A DNA stretch of 64,000 nucleotides, from NCBI GenBank assembly GCA_964016885.1, contig OZ024742.1, forward strand, positions 234,608,001-234,672,000, given 5' to 3'. The position numbers and the translations under genes are program-made. Within the stretch, counting starts at the first letter, position 1. Every line of letters begins with the position of its first letter. Below the pieces are notes generated by a model. The model was not told the origin of the DNA and ran no database searches. It worked only from the letters and a program-made list of their open reading frames with translations. Of the stretch, positions 28,137-38,289 are shown piece by piece. This DNA comes from Eledone cirrhosa (lineage: Eukaryota).

Positions 28137-28324
28137 AGGGCGGTAAATTGGCAGTATCGGTAGAGGGTCTGACGCCATGCTTTGTAGCATAGAGTTACGG
28201 CCCTTTCCATTCTGAGTTCAAATCCCGCCGAGGTTAACTTTGCCTTTCATCCTTACGGGGTCGATAAAATAAAGTACCAGTAATGCACTGGGTAATTGCT
28301 GGCCTTGTGCCTAAAGTAGAAACA
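28137..28324 (+). mobile_element. Full-length tRNA SINE with a 14-bp TSD
   Basis: TSD TTTATTACCTACCA at 28123-36 and 28325-38. A box TGGCAGTATCGG, B box GAGTTCAAATCC. Confidence 0.95.
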
Positions 28325-28344
28325 TTTATTACCTACCATCATAT

Positions 28345-28415
28345 ATATATTGTATCAATAGTGTATTGATATTGTTTTGATATTGTATCGATATTATTTC
28401 GATATTGTATTGATA
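28345..28415. repeat. 11-bp tandem repeat (GATATTGTATY) x~6
   Basis: Read directly. Abuts the 5' end of the RTE. Confidence 0.8.
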
Positions 28416-31400
28416 GTGAAGGTGACCCGTCTAGGACGGTAGTCACTCCAATTAAAAATGACTGCACAGGGCAGACATGGACTTCATAAAACTGTAGTGA
28501 AGGCAACCAGTCTAGGAGAGTAGACACTCTGAATAAAAACTGATATAGGGGTTAGAGGACACTTGAGTCCAGTAAGACCTCTCTAGTGTTGGTGGCATGG
28601 ATAATGTACCCAGTCAATACTGTAAAGTTGTTGGTGATAGGAAAGGCTTCCAGCCAGAAAAAAACATGCCAAAATTGTGGAAAGTACAACACATAAAGAG
28701 TCACACTAATTCTATGTACAGGGCAAACACTAATCATGTTAGTGCTGCACACAGTAGTGGGGTGGCTAAAGTAGCTGTGTGCGAGAACCCTTTGACCATC
28801 ATCAAGCAATTGCACAGCCTTTTCGTCTTCCAGGTTCAAAGAACTGCCACTCAAAAAACTAAGCTGCCAAGTTACACATCTCAGATATGCCTTTCTCAAT
28901 GTTGGCACCCTGAAAGGTAAATCAAGTGAAATTGCGGAGCTGTTAGAGAGGAGAGAAGAAGATGTATGCTGTGTACAAGAAGTGAGATAGAGGGGTGCCT
29001 CAGTGAGACTACTCACAGGCAAAGTACATAGACACACATTTTTCTGGATAGGAAATGACGATGGAGTAGATGGTGTCGGTGTTCTCTTAGCTGAGAAATA
29101 GACAGATAAGGTGATAGAGTAAGTGACAGATTTATCAAGCTTAGAATAGATAGCTGTAGTAAATAGAATGGTGACAATTACATCTACCTATGTACACCAG
29201 GCAGGACTGAGTAAAGAACAAAAGGACCAATTCTATGAGGAACTTTTAAGACAACCTCAGTTACTGATGAAGAGAGACATCATCATCCTGGCAGGCAACT
29301 TTAATGGACATGTTGAACAGTACCAGGATGGATTCACTGGAGTTCACAGCAGATATGGTATTGACTGAAGAAATGAAGAGGGAATGAGGCTCCTGGAATT
29401 CTATGGTGCAAATGAACTAACCATTTGCAACACAAATTTTAGGAAACCGGCCAGCCATCTGGTCACATACCAATTAGGCAAACACACAAGCCAGATTGAT
29501 TTCTTACATGTAAAACAAGATAGACAGGCAGTAATAAATGCTAAGGCCTTCCCTGGGGAAGAATGTGCAGCCCAACACAAATTAGTTATTAGTGACCTCA
29601 GAATAAACACAAGGCAGAACGAGATATACAGGAAAATATGAAAACAGAAGGTTTGAAAGCTGAAGGACCTTTCTGTTAAATATAGGTTTAGAAAGGTCCT
29701 GCAAAATGCATTTAATGAGAGGGGAGACAACTTTGATACATATGACAGGACAATTCGAAATTCTTACATGACAGCCTATTGTTAGTTACTGGTGAGACTT
29801 GTAGCTGGAGCAAAGCACCATCCAGACAGAGAACGGCACAGTGGAAAGAGCCATTAAAGCCAAGAGATAAGCATGGAAAGACTGGGGAAATGGGGTAGCA
29901 GACACTAGTACCAGGCAGCTAAGAGATAAGCTAGACAACAGGTGTACATAACTTGGAAAGAGACTGAAGAAAGAAAGTTTGCCAATGTCTTACAACATAA
30001 GGATCAGAGACGTGAAGTATTCTGCAATGCAGTGGAAATTAGGATGTTGTTAAGGAAAAGTGTGTTAGAAATGACACTGCTGAACTGACTCTCAAAAGAA
30101 AGAGGCCTGGAAATGTTACTCGGAGAGGCTGAAGAATGTAGAAAATGAATGGTAAGAGATTGACTGCTGAGACGCTAAAAACATTGGGAGAAGTAGGATC
30201 CAAACTAATAACCTGCATAGTCAATCAGGTAATACTGGATAGAGTCATACCCAATGAATGGCACAACAGTAAAATCATAAATTGGTACAAAGGTAAAGGT
30301 GATGCTCTAGAAAGGAGCAACTACAGAGGAGTAAAACTAATGGACCAAGTTATGAGAGTGACAGAAACAGTTCTAGCAAAGCTAATTAAAGAAGGAGTCA
30401 AATTAGATAAGATGCAGTTGGTTTTTTATGCCTTGGTAAAGTACTTCTTAGTGAGACAACTACAAGAGCCAAAAATAAGCCACTATATTTAGCTTTTGTT
30501 GATCTAAAGAAGGCCTTTGACAGAGTACCTTGATCTGGTAGCCCTTAAGAAAATAAGTGTTTAAGAATGGCTTGTGGGAGCAGTGCAAGCCATGTACAGA
30601 GGAGCTGTCAGTAAAGTAAGGCTAGAAAGTGAGTTTAATGAGGAAATGAAGATAATGATAGGAGCTCCTCAGCTGTTCATCCAAGTCATAACAGAGGAGT
30701 TTAAGACTGGCTATCCATGGAAACTTCTCTATGCAGATGATCTGGGAGCCAGCTATTTATCACTGTCACTCATTCTTTCTCCAGAACACAAGACAAAACA
30801 GATGGCTTAAAATCTTAGACATATTGGTGACTAAACAGATTCACAATGGATTCACATGAGGCCACCAAAAGTCACTTTATTTGGAGCCACTTCATAGTGT
30901 GAAAGAAACTCTATTGAGGAGTTGAGAGGAGTATTAAATTACTGCTACGTCTATATCTATGTGTGTGTGTGTGCACGCCCGTGCGTGTGTGTATGTGTAA
31001 TAGTAATATATGAGAACAGTGAAGCATAAATGAACTGAGAGAGAAACTAGGCATAAGAGGAATCAAATGCCGTGTGCAGGAGAGGAGATTATGTTGGTGT
31101 GGACATGTGATGCGTATGAAGGATGACAGCTGTATAAAAACGTTCAGAGCGCTCAAAGTCAATGGAAACCTTGGAGTGGGGAGACGCAGGAAGACTTGGG
31201 ATGAGGTGATAAAAGCCAACCTTGCCCAATTTCACCTCTCAAAGGTGATGACACAGGACCGAGACCTCTGGCCATACACAGTTATACAGAAGACCTGACT
31301 TCCCACGGCTACAAGCCGAAGCATATATGCCATATGCCCCAACCCACCCTCTGATACACCCTCATGAGGACAGGCCAACATAAATGCATCCAGTGAAGCC

Positions 31401-31680
31401 CCCAGCCCACACTGTAAAGTGGTCGTAATGGTGACACAGCAAGAAGTGCCCAGCCCACACTGTAAAGTGGTCGTGTAGGCGTCACAACAAAAGGCACCCA
31501 GTACTATTTATAAATGAGGTTGGTATTAGGAAGAGCATCCAGTTGTAGAAATCAAGCCAAAATCAGTTTTGTATGAGCAAGACATGGTCACCTGACCTAG
31601 CATTGCCCATAACAGGACAACTTGTCTAACCCATGCTAGCATGGAAAAATAGATGTAAAACGGTGGTGATGATGATGATG
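28415..31680 (+). mobile_element. Near full-length degenerate RTE LINE (5' leader, APE endonuclease, RT, 3' UTR, (GAT)n tail)
   Basis: DVCCVQEVR, ILAGNFNGHV, SQIDF, NYRGVKLMDQVM, LLYADDL and RRLCWCGHVMR. Many stops. Part of the RT C-terminus is replaced at ~30745-30990. Confidence 0.9.
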
Positions 31681-31914
31681 TGTGTATATACACACAAATA
31701 TATATATATATATATATCGTCATCATTATCATGAAATATATGTATATATATGTCAATACTCATCTTTGTCCATTTCTTAGAGGGTTCTAAACCCCACTAT
31801 CAGGCTAAAATTTCTTTAGTAAAAAAAATACGGCGAAAGCTTCTATTTCTAATTTTAAACTCACTCACTGTTTCAAAACATACTTACTTGTCATATATAT
31901 ATATTATGTTGGTA

Positions 31915-32152
31915 CCACAAAACATCTAGCCCACACTGTAAACTTGTCGTGTAGGTGTCACAACAAAAAGCACTCAGTCGACACTGTAAAGTGGTTGGCG
32001 TTGGGAAGAGCATCCAGCCATAAAAACCAGCCAGAAACAGTCCTATATGAGCAAGACACAGTCATGTGACCCAACTTGCCTCTAAATGGGACAAACATGT
32101 CTAACCCATGCTAGCGTGGAAGATGGACGTTAAACGATGATGATGATAATGA
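31915..32152 (+). mobile_element. RTE 3'-UTR fragment
   Basis: GGTTGGCGTTGGGAAGAGCATCCAGCC...GGACGTTAAACGATGATGAT. Confidence 0.8.
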
Positions 32153-32347
32153 TATATATTTAGAAAGAGAGAGAGGAACTACTTTCCCAAATTGACACTC
32201 AATTCCTCCCCACACACGCACACCATTTCTGTAACCTCCCTTTATCCTTGCTTCATACACAACACATACACATGCACGCACACCACTCCAGCTACCACGT
32301 AATACACACTCACATTCACAGCACTGTATATACTACCCAACACACAT

Positions 32348-32875
32348 ATCTGGAACCCCTATCTTGCTCAGGACATTGACCGCCTGGAAACTGTTCAGAG
32401 ACGTGCAACCAAGCGAATACCCTCCATCAGGCATCTACCATACTCTGAGCGCCTTGCTTCCCTGGGCATGGATTCATTGAAGCTCCGATGCCTGGCAACT
32501 GACTTGGTAAACACCCACAAAATTGTTAACCATGTTGCCAACAACAACCCTGAGTACCTTTTCGATTTCCATGTGTCTAACACACGTGGACATGCCCACA
32601 AAGTAAGAAAACAGCACAGTTCCCATGACTTTCGGAAACATTTTTTCACGCTCAGAGTTGCTGAAGCATGGAACAAACTACCTGCATCAGTTGTTAGCTG
32701 TCGAGACACTGCATCCTTTAAGGCTTCCATGCTTCCCGAGATCCACCAACACTACAGCTAACACATACACACATGTACTTCCCTAACATTTGTGTATTAT
32801 TCTATGTACTATATTGACGAGTTGTAGTGCACCTGAGCACTTTACACAATAATTTCATTATTATTATTATTATTA
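32348..32875 (+). mobile_element. CR1/L2-clade LINE 3' end with (ATT)n tail
   Basis: NTRGHAHKVRKQ..FFTLRVAEAWNKLP. Same family as 10305-11500. Confidence 0.9.
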
Positions 32876-33070
32876 TATACCTCTGTACACACAGAACTAT
32901 TAATATTTATAATGAATGATTTTTAATTAGTTGTTTAAATAAGCAAAAATTTGGGGAGATTTAGTAATATAATTAACTAAATTATTAAGTGAGGGGCCAG
33001 TGATGTCACATGGGAAGTTTGCAGGTTTCTTTTGGGTGGCTCTTCTGTCTGTGCGTACTGTGTGTGACAT

Positions 33071-34366
33071 GTGTATGTTAATGGCTGCTATGATTCCTAT
33101 GTCAAAAGTATCGACCCCGATTTCATTACAGTCATGGAAACATGGGCACATTCCTTACTCTATGGTGGGGTCTTCAGTATAGCTAGCTACAACTTGTTTC
33201 GTAAAGACCATATTAATCGTGGTGGTGGTGGTGTGATGGTCTATGTTCATTCAAACTTTTCAGCAATTTCTTCTGTTGATTTGAACCAATCACAAGAAGA
33301 AGTATTTTTCTGCGATATACGTATGACCACGTCAACACTTCTACTTGGAGTTGTTTACCACCTCCAAATTACCATCAGGACACACAGCTGTGTGTTATCC
33401 TCAGAGCTGCCACCAGCTAAACAGCCACTTATGTTTTTATTGCAGGCGACTTCAATCACCCTGAGATTGATTGGGAAACCTTTCATTGGCCACAAAGTGC
33501 AAATGATTTCCTTGAGCTAGTGCTGGACTCGAACTGGTTCCAAGTAGTCACCTCCCCAACAAGAGGTGACAACACTTAGAATCTATTCTTTACCACTACT
33601 CCTGAAACGGTTGTTAGTGTTACTACTGAGGAACCTTTAGGTGACTCTGATCATGCTATGATCATTGCCAATCTGTCTCTTATGAGCAGTAACAAAAACC
33701 ATGTCCATCTCCAAATTGTTCGCTTTGACTGGAATAAAGCAGACTGGAACTCTTACTGCACCGAGCTGCAATGCCCAAACTGGCTTGAATTTTACAACTC
33801 TGGAGACGTGAACACTATACTTCAGAACATCCTGAACTCAATATGGACAGCATGTGCAGCATCATTACCGCGTAAGCACAAAAAACATCCCAAAAGTGCA
33901 ATTTGGGAGACTGCAACAGTCCAACTTGTCACGAAAGAACGTTATAATGCTGAACTGACATACAAAGTGCATAAATCAGATATCAACAGAAAAAAGCACA
34001 ATAAATCATTCAACCATCTCAAGCAGGTGACAAAAAGGGCAGTGCTTGAATTTGAACAGTGTATAGCAACCAGCCCTGACAGTAAGGTGTTCTGGAAATA
34101 TGTACATTCAAAGCAGAGACCTCACTCTCCAGTTGGTCCTCTTTGCAATCCCCACACAAGCCAGATTACTGACGATCCCAAAGAATGCGCATAACTCATT
34201 GCTGAATGCTATGCAGGCATTTTTACTGTTGAAAACCAAACGTACCATCTCCACCACCTCTGACATCAAATCTATAACAACTATGGAATTTACACCTGCA
34301 ATGCTGCGACGTCACCTTAAGAATAAGCGCAACTATGCCTCTCCTGGTCTTGATGGTGTTACGTTC
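33071..34366 (+). mobile_element. CR1/L2-clade LINE 5' part (APE endonuclease and linker)
   Basis: ITVMETW, FRKDHINRGGGGVMVYV, AGDFNHP, LGDSDH, KVFWKYV and SPGLDG. Confidence 0.85.
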
Positions 34367-34824
34367 TTTGGCATGTCTTCAACAGTAACAATCGACATCA
34401 ATTATAATTCAGAAAAGATAAAACCTGCCTTTACAGACAATCAATCTATTGTTACAAAGGATGTACGTTTTCCCAAGAGAAAAGTTGATTTAAGTTTAAA
34501 GCTTGATAGAAATATATAGGAAACATTAGCAATATATTATGTATCTGATAGTGATTTATTAGACTTTCATCTTACCTTTTGTGTTTATCAATTATGTTTG
34601 AATTGCAAATTCTCTAATCAAATTCAGATGTTATATTTCTACATATTTAACAACATACATGCAGACTTAAACTACTGACCACAGTCATGACTTCAAATCT
34701 CACCATGGCTATTGTGTTCTGTGCTACTTGAGCAAGGCACTAAATCTGAAAACCTCAACCTGACTGACTGAATGCAGGTACTGCACCTACTTGGCTTCCT
34801 TACATTGGGTATTCAAAATACAAA

Positions 34825-35185
34825 TCATCATTATCACCATCATTTGGCATCTATGTTCCATGCTTGCATGAGTTAGATGGGCTGGCATGTTATGAGGCTA
34901 GCCTGATCAGGTGATCACATCTTGCTCATATGCTCTGTTTTGGGCTTGGTTTTCTATGCTTGAATGCTTTTCCTAAGGCCAATCACTTCACAACATGAAC
35001 TGGGAGTTTTTCTTGTGGCACAAGCACTACCACTTTACATGGTGGGCTAGGTGTTTTTTGTCGTGGCACCAGTATGACCACCTTATAGGGTGGATGGGAT
35101 GCTTTTTTGTCAAGGTGCTAACATAACAATCTTATAGAGTGGACTAGGGTGATTTTTGTTATGGCACTAGCATGACCATTTTGCA
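34825..35185 (-). mobile_element. RTE 3'-UTR fragment with tandem units
   Basis: Same family as 19007 and 54147. Confidence 0.7.
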
Positions 35186-35639
35186 GAACCCATCACCTAT
35201 TTAAGTAATTTAAAAAATGGATTATCCTAGTATTTGAAATAGATATTTCAGATTCAAATCTATAAATATACAAACATGTAACAAAAATGTATTGCTGTGT
35301 TTGATTACAACAAAATGATAGAAACACAAAAGACTGTGTTTAAAGAGAAAATGTCTGATAAGCCTTAAATGAATTAACCTCTAAATCTACAGACTTATAA
35401 TAGTAGTAATTTATTCTTATATTTAACATTTAATAATAACAAATTTTTTAATTAGCTGGTAAAACTTCTTTATTGGACAAACTAAAATACAAACAAAATT
35501 CATATAAAAGTTACTTTAAAAAAAATTAACTGAAACAAGGAGTTACATGAACTCTGAAAAATTTTGAGATTCTTTGAATATTCACTGCCTCTTTCGTGAT
35601 TGTTTTTATTTTGTTATTGTTTTTTTTTTTTCTCACTAC

Positions 35640-36480
35640 TTTTCAATGCCATAGATTTTAGAAACTCTTTTGGCAATATCTTGAGGTTGTATGGAATCCC
35701 AGAAACAATTATCATCCAGATAAGTTCACATCAGATAAACCCCAAAGCATCCAGTGGATGCTTTTCCCCTATATGGATGATCTTGATTATTTGGATGACC
35801 TGGCAACTCTCTCTTTAAAGAGATATTATGTGTTGGAAAAAACTAATTGGCTAAACAATTATGCAAAAAAGATGTTTTTAGCATCAATACCTCAAAAACA
35901 CAAGTCATGTGCATAAATCTCAACAGCCCTGCACATATCACTGTCTAGACTATGTAGAGGACATCACATACCTAGGTAGCATTATCACCAAAGTCAATGG
36001 GGCAAAAAAAGGACATTGAAACTAAGATTACCAAAGCTCATGGGCCAATCACAAGACTTCAGTTGATCTGGAAGTCTAAGCAATATAGTTGTAGGATTAA
36101 GATTAGACTAGCAATGTTAAATATTTCCTAATACTAGAGACATGAATAAGATCAATGCTTTCTATAATTGGTGCCTGAAGAAAATCTCTTGCTTCTTCTG
36201 GCCCAACAAAGTGTCGAATAAGGAGCTACACCACAAAACTGGTTGCAATAGTGTGGTCATGAAATGATATAGTGGCGGCTAAAGTGAGCTCAGAATACAC
36301 TAGGACAGGACACCAAAAATAGCATTAAGATGGACACCACATAAAAAGTGAAAGCCTGGATGCCCAAAACTACCTAACATAAAACAGTTGAAGGTGAATG
36401 AATGGGGCAAGGCACAGAGTTGTTAAAGACTCGAGAAAAAGGCATCAAAACATCAGAGCCTTATTTCTCTAGGAAGAAGA
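35640..36480 (+). mobile_element. Highly decayed RTE LINE fragment
   Basis: ILRLYGIPE, DDLDYLDDL and TYLGSII remnants. Confidence 0.7.
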
Positions 36481-36854
36481 GTATTGATATTGATTTATAC
36501 ATTTTAATTTTCCTATTTTTTTTAACATGTTAAGGTGATCTATTCCTATGTATATAAATACATATCTTTAGGTCAGTTTCAAATTCAGAACCTATATTTC
36601 TAATACAGAGTTTCAAAACACCAATTCAGAGCAGAGTTTAGCAGAATATAGTAGCTATAACTGCTGAGTCTAAATATCTCAAACTGTTGCAAAGACATCT
36701 ATAGATAATTCTGTACAAAAATGGCAACTTGAAATATGAGGTTAATAGTTCAGCCTATCTCAACTAACTCTAATATTTATTTATATTTGACACTGTAATT
36801 ATTTATAATTTAAATACTTTTATCACCTATATAGACAAACATTTTATGCATTAA

Positions 36855-37074
36855 CTCTTTAGCATTCATATTACTCTAGATATACTATTATATTTTCATG
36901 GTAAAGGCTTTATCTCGTATAATTATCTCACATAATATCGAATCTATGAGATTTTGAAAGTATTTATTTTGAAAACAATACCTTAACATCAGTTTGAGTG
37001 ACCAGTTGCAGCCAGTTTCAACAGAAAAAGGTAGAGAATTCTGGCCGGTTTTGGCCGGTTTGAACACTAAAGGG
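36855..37074 (-). mobile_element. piggyBac-type MITE, family A
   Basis: TTAA|CTCTTTAGCATTC...GAACACTAAAGGG. Reverse complement of 2546-2765. Confidence 0.9.
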
Positions 37075-37136
37075 TTTAAAAGGTGTTACTATAATGTTGT
37101 TTGTCCTATATTTTAATTAATTTTTTTTTCTTACAG

Positions 37137-37208
37137 GTTCAAATCCTTGAGAAAGATGAAGTTAACAATTGTAGAGATAGCAAACTTTTCAGCACGGTAA
37201 CGGTATAA
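37137..37208 (+). other. Candidate small exon (VQILEKDEVNNCRDSKLFST[VTV*])
   Basis: Very strong acceptor T-rich tract CTTACAG|37137. Possible donor GTAACG at 37197, or stop at 37206-08 with AATAAA at ~37258 and ~37308. Confidence 0.35.
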
Positions 37209-37364
37209 ATGGATTAAAAGGATTACAATTGTACAGAGAAATTTCTGATTAGAATTTAATAAAGAACCACATGCTAGAAAGGCAATGTTACATTATCATA
37301 AGAATTTAATAAATGGGTGACTAAAATTATAAAAATTATAAATAATTAAAAAGTGTAAATGAGG

Positions 37365-37685
37365 AGAAAGTCGATTAAATCGACCCCAGTGTATTACTGG
37401 TACTTTATTTTATTGACCCTTTAAGCTAACCTCGGTGGGGTTTGAACTCAGAATGTAAAAGTATGTAACTATATGCTGTAAAGCATGTTGTCCAGAGTGG
37501 GATTTACGTATAAGCTAAACAAGTTATAGCTTAGGGCCCCCACCTATGTCAGCGACAATTTGTCGCTGACATAGGACATCTGGACATATAAAGGGCCCCA
37601 TTGTCTCAAATAGCTTAGGGCCTCATCAAATCTAAATCCAGCCCCGATGTTGTCTCATGTTCTACTAATACTGCTAATCACCATA
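37365..37685 (-). mobile_element. tRNA SINE interrupted by a hAT MITE
   Basis: GTCGATTAAATCGACCCCAGTGTATTACTGGTACTTTATTTT...TTTGAACTCAGAA. Resumes after 37654. Confidence 0.8.
37493..37646. mobile_element. hAT-superfamily MITE (154 bp) with an 8-bp TSD and a central palindrome
   Basis: TSD ATGTTGTC at 37485-92 and 37647-54. Imperfect TIRs CAGAGTGGGATTTA / TAAATCCAGCCCCG. Confidence 0.85.
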
Positions 37686-37742
37686 CCTAAGTGTCTGAGA
37701 TAATGAGACAGCATGTAATTCATCTTAGAAGAAGTCTTTTAA

Positions 37743-37960
37743 CACTTTAGCATTTAAACCGGCTATATCCGGTCACAATTCTCTCACTCTTTCTGTTGAA
37801 ACCGGCCGTAACTGGTCGCTTATATTGACACTAAAGTACTGTCCTCACAATAAATAACATCAAAATGTCAGATTCGATATCATGTGAAATAATTATATAA
37901 GGTAAAGCCTTTACCACGAAAATACAATAGTATATATAGAGTAATGTAAATACTAAAGGG
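37743..37960 (+). mobile_element. piggyBac-type MITE, family A
   Basis: TTAA at 37739-42 and 37961-64. Collinear with 2546-2765. Confidence 0.9.
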
Positions 37961-38289
37961 TTAAAGCATGGATCTACTGATTCATTTGAGTGAGAATTTA
38001 TATTTTCTCTATATAACATTAACATAAGACTTCATAACATTTTTATAACAACAACTTTTAATAAAAATAATTTTAAAAAAAAGCATTTTTTAACAACTAC
38101 TCTTAATAATTTAATTTTGGGCAAAATTGTATTTTTCAGAAAAATATAAATTGATTAAATAAAACCACAAAAGAGAAAAATAAGATATAGAAATTACCAT
38201 GAGAAGTAATATTTTCCAGTATTTGAGTAAATAAAATATCCATAGGAATAGAATATTCTTTTCATAAACTGGATGATAGTTTGTTTGAC

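Noticed and set aside
28137-28324. tRNA gene (A and B boxes)
   Set aside because: It has no cloverleaf, has a TSD and occurs in many dispersed copies, so it is a SINE.
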